Shown piece by piece: positions 49,838-61,073 of a stretch of 64,000 nt of DNA. A model generated the notes under the pieces. That model was not told where the DNA came from. It saw only the letters and a list, made by a program, of their open reading frames with translations, and made no database searches. Position 1 is the stretch's first letter, and each line of letters starts with the position of its first letter. The position numbers and the translations under genes were made by a program. Source of the DNA: Pontiella sp. (GTDB taxonomy: Bacteria > Verrucomicrobiota > Kiritimatiellia > Kiritimatiellales > Pontiellaceae); NCBI GenBank assembly GCA_050290185.1, contig JBNKHE010000002.1, forward strand, positions 160,001 to 224,000, written 5' to 3'.

Positions 49838-51517
49838 CTAACGTATGGATGTGTCGATGGCATAAAGGTAACGTTTGATCTTCTGCGTAGTTGTCTTTTC
49901 AAATTCATCAAAGCGGACTTCGATCCGACGCGGTCGTTTGTAGTCCGAGAGTTCGCCCAGCTGCTTGCGTACATCATCGCGCACCCGTTGCTTGATATCA
50001 TCGTCCAGCAATCGCGTTCCTTCCTGATCCTCCATACGTTCGAAGACTTCCAGATTGGGCACCACGATCAAACCAACCCGTTCGCCGACATCATCACCCG
50101 GCTCTCGATAGCCCATGGATAGACATTCGAGTACATACCTGCTTTTCATGGCCTGTCGTTCAACCTCTTCCGGATAGATGTTTTTCCCCTCGCGGTTTAC
50201 AATCATACTCTTCTTGCGACCGCTTATGATCAGGTAGCCGGAGTCGTCGAAACGACCCAGGTCGCCGGTATGGTACCAGCCATCCACCAGCACCATGGCG
50301 GTTTCCTCCGGATTGTTGTAATACCCCTGCATCACATTATCGCCCCGGGCGGCAATCTCCCCGATGCCCTCCGGGTTGGGATCCATGATTCCGATCTCGA
50401 CCCCACCCAATGGCGGACCGACTGTACCGATCCTAGAAGCGTCGGGCCGGTTGACCGTCAGTACCGGAGCGGTTTCCGTGATGCCGTAGCCCTCAACCAC
50501 CAGAATGCCCAGTTTGTTCCATGTCTTCAAGGTGGTTGGGCTGATCGGCGCACCTCCGGATACAATGACGCGCAATGCGCCACCCAGCCCCTGATGGATT
50601 TTCCGCCCGACCACCCTGGCCAGCCCAAACCGGTACATCAACCAGGCCGGGCGGCTGGCCTTGATCCCCTCCATTACGCGGGACAACATCTTTTCCAGCA
50701 GCAGGGGAACGGCCAGTAGCACGGTCGGCGAGCAATCCGCCATGTTGGTTTTGATGGACTTCAGGTTTTCGACAAGGCTGACCTCGCACTTCGCATAGAG
50801 GGGCAGAAGCATGTTTCCCGTAAAGGCAAATGAATGGTGTAACGGGAGAATGAGCATGAAGTTGTCGGTCTGGCGGATGTCGATGGCCTCGGCAATGCTG
50901 GTCACGTTCGCCATAAAATTGCGATGGGTCAACATCGCCCCTTTCTGACGGCCGGTCGTACCTGAGGTATAGATAAATGAAGCCGGCAATGAATCCTCGG
51001 GATCGATTGCATCGAAGGCCCGCCCCTCCGCCATGGCCTCCGCGGATACTTCTTCCCATAGTTTTGCATAGGCTATGCAGCGTATGTGTTCGCAACTTAA
51101 CGCAGGATCATTTGCTCCATCAACAACTACCACAGAACGCAACGTATGAAGCCGGAAACAAATATCATCGATAACCGCGGTCATCCTCATGGAGCAGAAG
51201 ACCGAGGAAACGCCGCAGTCATGAAAGATATGCGCCACCTCCTGTTCCCGCAGCTTGGCGTCGACCGGAACGGCAATGGCCCCGATGGATACAATTCCAT
51301 AATAAATCTCGAACCATTCCGGCGAGTTTTCACGATAGATAGCCACGCGATCGCCTGGCTTGACGCCCAGCTTTGCCAGCATTTCGGAAACATGCCATGC
51401 CCGTTCGCGCAACGCCTTGAACGAAGTGGTTTGCCAGCGGCCGTCTTGCTTGTATCTCAGCGCAACCGCATCCGGGTTCTCGTTCGCAGCGCGATTCAAA
51501 CAATCCTTAATGGTCAT
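49838..51517 (-). CDS. fadD: Long-chain fatty acid-CoA ligase
   Basis: YTSGTTGRQKG, EGYGITE, YHTGDLG, GKNIYPEE; AAGAGGAGG RBS before ATG 51517. Confidence 0.88.
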   Translation of the reverse strand: MTIKDCLNRAANENPDAVALRYKQDGRWQTTSFKALRERAWHVSEMLAKLGVKPGDRVAIYRENSPEWFEIYYGIVSIGAIAVPVDAKLREQEVAHIFHDCGVSSVFCSMRMTAVIDDICFRLHTLRSVVVVDGANDPALSCEHIRCIAYAKLWEEVSAEAMAEGRAFDAIDPEDSLPASFIYTSGTTGRQKGAMLTHRNFMANVTSIAEAIDIRQTDNFMLILPLHHSFAFTGNMLLPLYAKCEVSLVENLKSIKTNMADCSPTVLLAVPLLLEKMLSRVMEGIKASRPAWLMYRFGLARVVGRKIHQGLGGALRVIVSGGAPISPTTLKTWNKLGILVVEGYGITETAPVLTVNRPDASRIGTVGPPLGGVEIGIMDPNPEGIGEIAARGDNVMQGYYNNPEETAMVLVDGWYHTGDLGRFDDSGYLIISGRKKSMIVNREGKNIYPEEVERQAMKSRYVLECLSMGYREPGDDVGERVGLIVVPNLEVFERMEDQEGTRLLDDDIKQRVRDDVRKQLGELSDYKRPRRIEVRFDEFEKTTTQKIKRYLYAIDTSIR

Positions 51518-51772
51518 TGCTCCCCCTCCTCTTGAACAGTGGGATTTTGCCATACCACCCGAATTCCGGCAACTGTTTCCAAGGGACTTGAAAAACCTCC
51601 GTTAGGCAAGCTTTGATTCAACAACAACGGTCTTCATCGACATAGAGCTCTCCTGATTGAACGAACAGGATAGCAAAACCCATCATCCCGTAAACCCTGC
51701 TCTCAGATTACAGGAACAAAAACGAGGGTATCGTGGCGAACCGCAGCACCATCATAGCTGCAACAGTAGCTA

Positions 51773-52447
51773 TCAATCCTCGAGCACGTAGCCAATGCCA
51801 CGAATGGTGTGAATCAGCTTTTTCTCGAACGGTTTGTCCACCTTGTTTCGCAGATGATGCATCCGCACCTCCACCACGTTGGATCCGGGATCGAAGTTCA
51901 TATCCCACATTCGCTCCATGATCAAAGTTTTGGACAAAACACGTCCTTTGTTGTGCATCATGTAATGGAGCAGCTTGAACTCCAGCGGCTGAAGGGGAAC
52001 TTCGACCGATCCGCGATACGCCTTGTGCCGCCCCGAGTCCAGCCTCAAATCTGCCACGGATAGTACCCTATCTTGCTCCTTTGACCGATTGGAGCGCCGG
52101 TAAAGCGCTTGGGTGCGGGCCAGCAATTCCGAGAAAGCAAAGGGTTTGACCAAGTAATCGTCACCTCCTATATCCAACCCCTTCACACGGTCTTCGACCG
52201 TATTTAGCGCACTGAGGAAGAGAACCGGAACGCCCGAATCCATTTGTCTAAGGCTCTTGACCAACTCGAATCCATCCAGATCGGGCAAAAGTATATCGCA
52301 TATCAAGACATCGTATTCAAACGTATCGAGAAGGGCCAATCCATCTTTTCCCAGCTCGGCATGATCAACGACATGACCCGACCGCCGCATCCCACCAACG
52401 ATGAATGTAGCGGTGGTCTTGCTATCCTCCACAAGTAGTATTCGCAT
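51773..52447 (-). CDS. OmpR family response regulator (CusR/CzcR-like), orphan
   Basis: LLVED, DILLP, DDYLVKPF, NVVEV, LIHTIRGIGY. Confidence 0.93.
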   Translation of the reverse strand: MRILLVEDSKTTATFIVGGMRRSGHVVDHAELGKDGLALLDTFEYDVLICDILLPDLDGFELVKSLRQMDSGVPVLFLSALNTVEDRVKGLDIGGDDYLVKPFAFSELLARTQALYRRSNRSKEQDRVLSVADLRLDSGRHKAYRGSVEVPLQPLEFKLLHYMMHNKGRVLSKTLIMERMWDMNFDPGSNVVEVRMHHLRNKVDKPFEKKLIHTIRGIGYVLED

Positions 52448-52659
52448 ATGTATCCAACTCCTGAGTCTTCAACTGATACAAACTCCAGTCATATCAAAAT
52501 TACTAAATGGTAATATTCAAGCAAGCAGATCTTAATCAAAAACAAATACAGTGTTTATAAGTGGGCATCGATTGGGGTATCGGCATTCACGATTATAACA
52601 TCTGTAAACCGATAGGATTCAGATTTTTTTGGGGTTTCATTGATGAATGGGGAAACGAA

Positions 52660-53445
52660 ATGCACAAATCCGTATATTATATACTTGTAATGATTTTATT
52701 TGGATGGAGCGGCCTTGCGACCGCCTCCATCACCGATTCCTGGACGGCAATATATGCCACGGACGCAACAGGCGATACAGGTAATGGGGGCCACCCCTAT
52801 CTGGACATCGCGGGAGGAACGGATGTCAATGGTCTCGATTTTGCCGGAGGATACCTGCACTACCAATCCGCATCGAGCAACCCGCAACTGACGGAAGACC
52901 TGCTTTCTTTCCGGTTCCGGCTCGATGGAATAAAAAACAAGATGCCCGGAGCGTACCAGATCTTTTTCGAAACCACGGGAGACACTTCCGTAGACTGGGC
53001 GTTGCAACTGACAACCGATGACCTGAATACATCCGGAACCTTGGAATTTGGAACGGCTTCGGGAGCAGATAGAAGCGGTGTTGCGTTTACCCAAGTTGAG
53101 TGGTCGGGAACCTATGCGGACTACGTGGATTATTCCGGCACACCTACGGATGATGGTTCGCGATTCAATGGCGATGCCGACTATTTCCTCGAATTTTCCA
53201 TGCCTTGGCAACAGTTTTCGTCGTCCACGGGCATAACCTCCCCTAACGGAAATATGTGCATCCTGATGTCCACTTCCCAAAACCAGGGATCTCTCATGGA
53301 TGGCGATATTGCGGGAACGACCTCTAGCGGGAACGTCGCGTTTTCGGATGTTTACGTCGCCATTCCAGAGCCGGCCGTAGCCTCGCTGGTTGGCGGATTC
53401 GGCATTGCCTTTCTCTTCGGGCGCCGGATTTTCCACAAGGATTAG
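52660..53445 (+). CDS. PEP-CTERM sorting domain protein
   Basis: Signal peptide, D/T/G/S-rich body, C-terminal AIPEP + TM + GRRIFHKD. Confidence 0.88.
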   Translation: MHKSVYYILVMILFGWSGLATASITDSWTAIYATDATGDTGNGGHPYLDIAGGTDVNGLDFAGGYLHYQSASSNPQLTEDLLSFRFRLDGIKNKMPGAYQIFFETTGDTSVDWALQLTTDDLNTSGTLEFGTASGADRSGVAFTQVEWSGTYADYVDYSGTPTDDGSRFNGDADYFLEFSMPWQQFSSSTGITSPNGNMCILMSTSQNQGSLMDGDIAGTTSSGNVAFSDVYVAIPEPAVASLVGGFGIAFLFGRRIFHKD

Positions 53446-53465
53446 AGCGTTTCAAATAATTCTAT

Positions 53466-53535
53466 AGCTACAGATGAACACCGACTTTACACGGCTTCAA
53501 TGTCCTCGGTGTTCTTCCAGATTTTTCAGTGGCTA
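53466..53535. repeat. Palindromic intergenic element between convergent genes
   Basis: TAGCTAC...GTGGCTA ends, inner GAACACCGA/TCGGTGTTC; shares TCCTCGGTGTTCT with 34716-34728. Confidence 0.6.
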
Positions 53536-53554
53536 CGGTTTTAATTAATTTGCT

Positions 53555-56086
53555 CTAGCGCCACTCGTGCTTCGGGTAGCGGCCCTTCAGTTCCTTCTTG
53601 ATCAGGGGATAGGAATTGGCCCAGAACGATTTCATATCCTGCGTCTTTTGCTGCGGGCGCTGGTTCGGCGCCAAGGCTTCGACAACAACGGGAATCATTC
53701 CGAACCCAATCTTCGGCACTTCTTCCAGGCCGTACAACTTCTGGATCGTCGCCGAGATGATCGGTGACCGGCCTTCTTCATAGCGCACCTTCGCGTTAAA
53801 GCCGCTCGGCAGTTGAATGCGTTCCGGCGCCTGCTTGTCGATCAGGTCGAGTTGCGTGAACGAGAGCCACGACTTGACCGTCTTCCAAACCGCCCGATCC
53901 TTCAGGTCGCGCTTACAAACTGCGCCAAGACAAATCTCCTGCACCATCGCCCGGCGCGCCTCTTCGTCGATGGCGGGAATGCCATAATCCGGACAACCGG
54001 CGGCCAGACAGTTTACGCGCGCAATCCAGCGCTCGACATTTTCATCCCACTTGTAGAGCTCAAGCCGCCCGGCCAGCACCTCCTCGGCCATGATTTCCGC
54101 CGCCTGCTGCAGATCTACCTCCTGCTTCATGCTCGCATGCAGTTCCAATCCGCGGAACGACTGCGACTGCTTGGTCACCACACGCTTCAGCACCGGATCG
54201 AATACCGCTACGGCCTTTTCCTCCATATCATCGGGAAACAGCTCGTCGAGCCACACTTCGCTGACGGCGGTGCACAGGTTGAGCCGAACGTTCAGGCCGC
54301 GTCCTTCGATCTCCGCAATTTCGGCGGCAACGATCAGCGTGCTGTCGCGCACGACACTGTCACGGTCGAGGTCGCCCGTACGACCATGCACTACCTCGCA
54401 ATGCAACGTTCCAACATCGCGCCGCTTCGCCACCTGGTCCGAAAAGGCCAGCAGGATGCACTTCTGCAAATCCTCGTCAACGGGCGCGCGCTTGTTGACC
54501 TTCAGCCCGGCCTTTTCGGCCATCGAGAGAAAGCGTTCATACAATGGTTTCACCTGACGGGCAGCGGCACCATTGACCCCGAGCTTGCGGCAGGCGTCGG
54601 AATGATAGTTGTTCTTGTCGGCAAACATCCAGGCGCGCATCAGCCGCTTGAAATCCGAAATGCCATCCTCGCCCAGCATGTCGTCGCGGTGGCCGCGCGT
54701 TGCCGCACCCTTGTTGCGTTCAAGGATGGAACGCCCCTGCGTCAGCGCCGCAATCAGGCAGGCCTGCCGGACACAGCCATACTCATCGCCCGCCAACAGC
54801 ATGCGCGCATAGCGCGGATGCATCGGAAACTGCACCATCTTTTTGCCGACAGCCGTCAATTTCCCTTGATGATCCAGCGCACCCAGATCGGTCAGCAGCG
54901 TCAACGTGTTCGCCAGTGACTTTGGGTTCGGCGGTTCGAGCCAGTTAAAATTTTCGATATCCTCTATACCGCCCGCCTTGAGCGTCAGCACGACCTCCGC
55001 CAGATCGTGCCGCAGGATTTCCGGCAGTTCCTGCATCGAACGCGCGACATGCTCCTGCTCGGTCCAGAGCCTCATGCAAATGCCCGGTGCCGTACGGCCC
55101 GCACGGCCCGTCCGTTGGTCGGCGGAGGCACGGCTGATGCGTTCGACCAAAAGTGTGTCGATACCGCGGTTTGGATCGTAGCGCGCGATGCGCGCCAGCC
55201 CGCTGTCGATCACCACCCGGACGCCATCGATCGTGATCGACGTTTCCGCGACGTTGGTCGACACCACCACCTTGCGCCGGTCGCATTCGCCGACGGCAGC
55301 ATCCTGATCGCGCGGCGACAACTCGCCGTGCAACGGCATTACCGCACAACCGCGCGCGCACTTGCGTGAACGAATGGCCTCGACCGTGCGGGAAATCTCG
55401 TAGCCGCCCGGCATGAACACCAGCACATCGCCCTCCGCACCGGACTCGATCGCCTTTTCAAAGGCATCTGCGGCGGCTTCCCAAACGGGATGGTGGCGAA
55501 AGTCGATCCGCTTTTTCGCATAGCCGATCTCGACCGGAAACATGCGCCCTTCGCTCTTCAGCTCGCGACACGGCGCAAGGTATTCGCGCAACGGTCCGGC
55601 GTCGAGCGTTGCCGACATCACAATGATCTTCAGATCCGGTCGCATCTGCTGCAGGCGCAGGGCGCGGGCAAGCGTAATGTCGCCGTAGATGTGCCGCTCG
55701 TGGAACTCGTCGAAAATGATGGTCGAAATGCCGCGAAGTTCCGGATCGGAAAGAAATTGGCGAAGTAGGATGCCCTCGGTCACATAGCGGATCTGCGTCT
55801 TCGCGGAAACATGACTCTCCATGCGGACCTGATAGCCCACCTCGCCGCCCAGCGGTTCACCGCGCTCGAACGCCACGCGCTTGGCCAGCAACCGGGCCGC
55901 CAGCCGCCGCGGCTGCAACACCACCACTTCGCCCGGACCGGCCACGCCGCAATCGAGCACCATTTGCGGCACCTGGGTCGATTTCCCCGACCCCGTCGGC
56001 GCTTCGATAATGATGCGGTTCTCGGTTCCCAGCGCCGTCGTCAGCTCGGCACGCAGTTCATAGATGGGCAGTTTCTTCGGATCCAT
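53555..56086 (-). CDS. hrpB: ATP-dependent RNA helicase HrpB
   Basis: APTGSGKST, DEFH, MSAT, QRTGRAGR, C-terminal YPKHEW. Confidence 0.95.
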   Translation of the reverse strand: MDPKKLPIYELRAELTTALGTENRIIIEAPTGSGKSTQVPQMVLDCGVAGPGEVVVLQPRRLAARLLAKRVAFERGEPLGGEVGYQVRMESHVSAKTQIRYVTEGILLRQFLSDPELRGISTIIFDEFHERHIYGDITLARALRLQQMRPDLKIIVMSATLDAGPLREYLAPCRELKSEGRMFPVEIGYAKKRIDFRHHPVWEAAADAFEKAIESGAEGDVLVFMPGGYEISRTVEAIRSRKCARGCAVMPLHGELSPRDQDAAVGECDRRKVVVSTNVAETSITIDGVRVVIDSGLARIARYDPNRGIDTLLVERISRASADQRTGRAGRTAPGICMRLWTEQEHVARSMQELPEILRHDLAEVVLTLKAGGIEDIENFNWLEPPNPKSLANTLTLLTDLGALDHQGKLTAVGKKMVQFPMHPRYARMLLAGDEYGCVRQACLIAALTQGRSILERNKGAATRGHRDDMLGEDGISDFKRLMRAWMFADKNNYHSDACRKLGVNGAAARQVKPLYERFLSMAEKAGLKVNKRAPVDEDLQKCILLAFSDQVAKRRDVGTLHCEVVHGRTGDLDRDSVVRDSTLIVAAEIAEIEGRGLNVRLNLCTAVSEVWLDELFPDDMEEKAVAVFDPVLKRVVTKQSQSFRGLELHASMKQEVDLQQAAEIMAEEVLAGRLELYKWDENVERWIARVNCLAAGCPDYGIPAIDEEARRAMVQEICLGAVCKRDLKDRAVWKTVKSWLSFTQLDLIDKQAPERIQLPSGFNAKVRYEEGRSPIISATIQKLYGLEEVPKIGFGMIPVVVEALAPNQRPQQKTQDMKSFWANSYPLIKKELKGRYPKHEWR

Positions 56087-56131
56087 AGGCGGGCGGTTAT
56101 AACGGAAACATCCCGGACAGGAAAGCCCTGC

Positions 56132-56536
56132 CTAGACTGACTCCTCTTCCTCGCCTACATAGAACCAGTCACCCTTTCGCTTTCTGAAAACGGAGCATTC
56201 GTGGTGACGACCGGGACCGGAGTCTGTCACATATTCGGCCATGAACTCCACGCGACCCGTTTCATCCGAAGCGGAACCGGCCTCCTTTGCGATGACGTGC
56301 AGCTTGATCCATTCAACCTGCCGCATCCAGCGGCGGATAGAATCGGCCAGATCCTCTTCCCGCGCGGAGGGATGGGTGGTTCTTACCAGATAGTCGACCT
56401 TCTTCATGACATAGGCGGTATAGCGCGAGCGCATCAACTGCTCCGCCGTTGGTGCCTTGCGCCGACCGGCGACGATTCCACCGCAACAATCGTCAAATAA
56501 AGCGCCACTTCCACAGGGGCATTTATCAAATTTCAT
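56132..56536 (-). CDS. ychJ: YchJ family SEC-C motif protein
   Basis: CPCGSG...CC, TAEQLMRSRYTAY, VEF, HHECSVF, WFY. Confidence 0.9.
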   Translation of the reverse strand: MKFDKCPCGSGALFDDCCGGIVAGRRKAPTAEQLMRSRYTAYVMKKVDYLVRTTHPSAREEDLADSIRRWMRQVEWIKLHVIAKEAGSASDETGRVEFMAEYVTDSGPGRHHECSVFRKRKGDWFYVGEEEESV

Positions 56537-56553
56537 ACGACTACTCTTTAGAT

Positions 56554-59500
56554 TTATTGATCGTCTGCCATTGGGGTCCAGCCACCACCGAGGGCTTTGT
56601 ACACGCGGACCGCGTTGCGCGCCACATTGCCTTCACTTATAGCGAGCTGTTCCTGAAAGGCGAGCAACGAGCGCTGGGCATCCAGCACCGAGGTAAAGTC
56701 GGACAAGCCGTTGTGATACCGGTCTTGCGCCAGCGCCTCCGCTTCGCGCGCGGCATTTACGGCTAGTCCGAGCGCTTCGCGTCGCTCGATTTCCTTTTGG
56801 TAGTCGGTCAATGCATCGCGCACTTCCTTCACGGCATTGAGCACGGTCGATTCATAGGCAATCAGCGCCTGCTCCTGCCGGGCTTCCTGCACCTTGATGT
56901 TGTTGCGGATCGATCCCCAGTGGAAAATCGGCCAGCTAACGCCCGGAGCAATGACGTAGCTTTCGCTACCGGATTCGAAAAGGGTCGACGCCTTGAGCGA
57001 TTCCAGCCCGATGGATCCGTTCAGTGAAAACCGCGGATAGAGCTCTGCCACGGATGCCCCGACCAGCGCGGTCTGCGCGGCCAGCGCGCGTTCGGCACGG
57101 CGCACATCGGGACGACGGCGCAGCATATCGGCAGGGATCCCTTCGAGCATCAGGCTGGACTGCGGCACCCCGCCATCGGCAGTAAGCTCAAGCGTTCCCG
57201 GCATTTCGCCAATCAGGACTGACAGCGCCGTGCGGCTTGATGCCAGTCCCGCTTCAAGCGCGGGCACGGTCGAGCGGCTGCTTTGATAGTTGTAGCGCGC
57301 CTGCTGAACCACCAGCTCATTGACCAGACCGGCCTTCAGGCGGGATTCAAGAAGCTCAAGGGTATCGCGCTGGACTGCAAGGTTGGAACGCGCAACATCA
57401 AGACGATACTGGTACGTGCGCGCCATCAGGTAGGCCTGGGCGGTTTCGGCCGCGATGGATACCTGCACCGAAGCGAGGTCCAGTTCCTTTGCCTCAAAGT
57501 CCGCAGTTGCATACTCAAGTCCGCGCCGCACGGCGCCGAACAGGTCGATCTCCCAGACGGCGTCAAATCCGCCGCTGTAGAGCGTTTGGGGATCGAAGGC
57601 CCCCGGCGGGGAAAATCCCGCCCCAAACTGGCTGGCATTTTCAGACTGCTTGAAGCGGCTTACACTTCCGGTCAGATCCACCTTGGGTCCAAGTGCGGCC
57701 TTCGCCTTGCCAAGCTTTGCGCGAGCCTCCCGCACACGCGCTACGGCACCCTTGAGATCAAGGTTCTTTTCCAGCGCCTTTTCAACCATCCTGATCAGCA
57801 CCGGATCGTTAAACTGATTCCACCATTCGACCGTATCCACGCTTTCAGCCTGCACACCCGGAATTTCCGGCAGCTCCGGTTGTTCATAGTCCGGGCCGAC
57901 CGACATGCAACCACCCATAAAGAACGGCAACAGCAGGAGCACCAGCAGATTCAGCTTGTCCTTGCCGATACGCAGACGGATGGAGTGCCCTTTTTCGCGC
58001 AGTGTCTGGAACAGAACAAAGAGCGCAGGAACCAATATGATGCCGAAAAGTGTCGCGGCCATCATACCCCAGAAAACGGTGGTACCGATTGCTCGGCGTG
58101 CATTTGCTCCGGCGCCAGTGGCGATCACCATCGGGAAGATCCCGAGAATAAAGGTGAAGGCGGTCATCAGCACGGCACGGAAGCGCTGGCTCGCGCCGTC
58201 GGCGGCGGCATCCACAATCGAAAGCCCCTCCTCGCGCCGGGTCTTTGAAAACTCGACAATGAGAATGGCATTTTTGCTGGCGAGACCGATCAGCAGAATC
58301 AAGCCGAGCTGGGCGTAGATGCTGAGCGACATTTTCAGCACAAACAGGGCAACCAGCGCGCCGAATGCAGCCACGCAGGTCGACAGGATTACCGGAATCG
58401 GAATCGTCCAGCTTTCATACTGGGCGACGAGGAACAGGTAGCCGAACACCAGTGCCATCACAATCAGAATGGTGGAACCACCGGCCGCTTTGGCTTCCTG
58501 ATAACTGAGTCCGGACCATTCAATATTGTAGCCCGGCGGCAAGGCGGTTTTCGCCAGCTCTTCCACTTTTTCCATTACGACGCCGGAGCTGAAGATTGGT
58601 ATCAGCATCGCCGTAATGGAAGCGGTCGAAAACTTGTTGTAGCGCTCAACCGAACGGGGCGCGAGTATCGGCCGCACCTCAAGCAGACTGCCCAGCGGTA
58701 CCATTGCGCCGGTGCGGCTTTTGACGTAGAGCTTTTCAATGTCATCCTTCCGGTCTCGGAACGGTCCGTCCGCCTGAACGGTCACATGGTTTACCTGACC
58801 GTCAAAATTGACGTCGTTCACGTAACGCGATCCAAAGTTGTTCTGGAGCGTGGCGAAAATATCGCTGACCTCGACATGCATCAGCGCAGCCTTCACACGA
58901 TCGACCTCCAGCTGAAGGTGCGGGGTGTTCGCCGCATAGCCGCTGAAGGCAAACATGGTTTCAGGCATCATGTTGAGCTGCATCAGGAAACCCTGCATGA
59001 CGCCACTGAGTTTCTGGGGATCGCTGTCGCCCAGAGCCTGCAGGCGGATGTCCAGCCCGTTGCTAACCCCCAGGCCCATGATAGCGGGCGGAGCAAACAG
59101 GTTGATCTGCGCACCGGGCTCCATGGCCAGGCGCCCCTGCAGTTTCTGCAGAATGGCATCGAGCTGAAGTTCCGGGCTGCGGCGCTTGTCCCAGCTATCG
59201 AGACCAAACAGGAAAAAGGCGACGTTTTCGCCGGAACCACCGATAAAAGAGAATCCGGTTACTTCAACGGTATAGGCGACGCCGGGTTCCTGCCCCAACG
59301 GGGAAATGACCCGCTCCAGCATGGCCTCGGTCCGTGCGCGCGTCGCACCTTCCGGCAGCTGCAGCGCACCGAAGATAACGCCCTGATCCTCTTCCGGAAG
59401 GAAGGAGGTCGGGTTCATCGCACTCAGAAAAGCGGCTCCTCCACCCACGCCGAGAAGAATCACGGCGGTCAGGATCAATCGGCGCGACAGCCCCGTCGCG

Positions 59501-61071
59501 GCGTTGACATAATGACCGCGCACCCGGTTGAGCCCCGTATTAAACCAGCGCAGCGGGCCGTGCTGTTTCGGCTTAATCACGCGCAACAGTACAGCACAGA
59601 GCGCCGGACTGAGCGTCAGCGCATTGACCGTGGAAAAGAATACCGCCGCCGAAATGGCCACGGCAAACTGCTGATAGATCTTCCCAACGATGCCGCTGAC
59701 AAAACCGATCGGCACAAAGATGGCGAGAAGTACCAGCGTCGTTGCAATAACCGCACCGGTCACCTGCTCCATCGCTTTGATGGTGGCGGCCTTATGGTCG
59801 AGCCCCTCGTGTTCCATCAGGTGCAAAACGCGCTCGACAACAACGATGGCATCGTCGACCACCAGCCCGATGGCCAGCACGAGACCGAACAAGGTAAGCG
59901 TATTGATGCTGTAGCCGAATGCGATCAGTACCGCGAAGGTGGCACAGAGTGAAACCGGGATGGTCATGGCCGGTACCAGCGTGGCGCGCCAGTCCTGCAG
60001 GAATACGTAACAAACCACCACGACCAGAAGAACGGTCAGTAGCAGCGTGGTGACAATGTCAATAATACTGGCGCGCACAAAGTTGGTTGCATCGTACGGC
60101 AATATGACTTCCATGCCTTCGGGGAACTGCGTAGAGAGCGAGTTGAGCTCGGCGCGCAACGCGTCCATGGTGTCGAGCGCATTGGAACCGGCCGAACGGC
60201 TGACGCCAATGGCGACCGCGGTCTTGCCGTTGTACTTCGCGCTGAACAAATAGTTATCCGCCCCCTTCTCAATCCGGGCAACATCGCTCAAGCGAACCAC
60301 GGCCCCATCCGCACCGGTCCGCACAATAATATCCTCGAAACGATCGATTGTGTTGAGGCGGCCCTCCGATTTCAGCGTGTACACCATCTGCCCGTTGCCC
60401 GGCGCACTGCCGACGGAACCGGCCGAGGCCTGAATGTTCTGGCCGCGGATCGCGGCAAGGACATCGTCGGAGCTCATTCCAAGCGCGGCGAGGCGGTCGG
60501 CATCCATCCAGACGCGCATGCTATAGCGAGGCGCGTAGACTTGCGCGCGGCTGACGCCGGGAAGGCGTTCGAGCGCTGGCTTTATCACCTTGTAGGTGTA
60601 GTCGCTCATAAACAGCTCGCTCAGCGATTCGTCGGGCGACTGCACCATGACGAACCCGAGCATGTCGGCCGATTCGGTCTCAACGGTGACGCCCTGTTGC
60701 GTTACTTCAACCGGAAGCAGCGGTTCGGCCTGTGCGACGCGGTTCTGCACCTGCACCTGCGCAATGTCCGGATCGGTACCGACCTCGAACGTTACGGTCA
60801 GCGCATAGCCACCGGAGTTATCAGAGGTGGACGACATATAAATCATGTTGTCCACCCCGTTCACCGCATCCTCGATCGGCGCGGCAACGGTGTCGGCCAT
60901 CACCTCGGCGCTGGCTCCCGGATATGCGGTGCGCACGACCACCTGCGGTGGCGTTACCTGAGGAAACTGCGCAATCGGCAGCGCACCAATGGCAATGATC
61001 CCCGCCAACGTCAGGACAATGGAAATCACCCCTGCCAGTCGCGGGCGTTCAATAAAGACTCGTGAAATCAT
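56554..61071 (-). CDS. HAE1-type RND permease fused to a NodT/OprM-type outer-membrane lipoprotein
   Basis: About 1030 aa RND ([30 protein letters not shown]), then [43 protein letters not shown]. Confidence 0.93.
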   Translation of the reverse strand: MISRVFIERPRLAGVISIVLTLAGIIAIGALPIAQFPQVTPPQVVVRTAYPGASAEVMADTVAAPIEDAVNGVDNMIYMSSTSDNSGGYALTVTFEVGTDPDIAQVQVQNRVAQAEPLLPVEVTQQGVTVETESADMLGFVMVQSPDESLSELFMSDYTYKVIKPALERLPGVSRAQVYAPRYSMRVWMDADRLAALGMSSDDVLAAIRGQNIQASAGSVGSAPGNGQMVYTLKSEGRLNTIDRFEDIIVRTGADGAVVRLSDVARIEKGADNYLFSAKYNGKTAVAIGVSRSAGSNALDTMDALRAELNSLSTQFPEGMEVILPYDATNFVRASIIDIVTTLLLTVLLVVVVCYVFLQDWRATLVPAMTIPVSLCATFAVLIAFGYSINTLTLFGLVLAIGLVVDDAIVVVERVLHLMEHEGLDHKAATIKAMEQVTGAVIATTLVLLAIFVPIGFVSGIVGKIYQQFAVAISAAVFFSTVNALTLSPALCAVLLRVIKPKQHGPLRWFNTGLNRVRGHYVNAATGLSRRLILTAVILLGVGGGAAFLSAMNPTSFLPEEDQGVIFGALQLPEGATRARTEAMLERVISPLGQEPGVAYTVEVTGFSFIGGSGENVAFFLFGLDSWDKRRSPELQLDAILQKLQGRLAMEPGAQINLFAPPAIMGLGVSNGLDIRLQALGDSDPQKLSGVMQGFLMQLNMMPETMFAFSGYAANTPHLQLEVDRVKAALMHVEVSDIFATLQNNFGSRYVNDVNFDGQVNHVTVQADGPFRDRKDDIEKLYVKSRTGAMVPLGSLLEVRPILAPRSVERYNKFSTASITAMLIPIFSSGVVMEKVEELAKTALPPGYNIEWSGLSYQEAKAAGGSTILIVMALVFGYLFLVAQYESWTIPIPVILSTCVAAFGALVALFVLKMSLSIYAQLGLILLIGLASKNAILIVEFSKTRREEGLSIVDAAADGASQRFRAVLMTAFTFILGIFPMVIATGAGANARRAIGTTVFWGMMAATLFGIILVPALFVLFQTLREKGHSIRLRIGKDKLNLLVLLLLPFFMGGCMSVGPDYEQPELPEIPGVQAESVDTVEWWNQFNDPVLIRMVEKALEKNLDLKGAVARVREARAKLGKAKAALGPKVDLTGSVSRFKQSENASQFGAGFSPPGAFDPQTLYSGGFDAVWEIDLFGAVRRGLEYATADFEAKELDLASVQVSIAAETAQAYLMARTYQYRLDVARSNLAVQRDTLELLESRLKAGLVNELVVQQARYNYQSSRSTVPALEAGLASSRTALSVLIGEMPGTLELTADGGVPQSSLMLEGIPADMLRRRPDVRRAERALAAQTALVGASVAELYPRFSLNGSIGLESLKASTLFESGSESYVIAPGVSWPIFHWGSIRNNIKVQEARQEQALIAYESTVLNAVKEVRDALTDYQKEIERREALGLAVNAAREAEALAQDRYHNGLSDFTSVLDAQRSLLAFQEQLAISEGNVARNAVRVYKALGGGWTPMADDQ

Positions 61072-61073
61072 GT

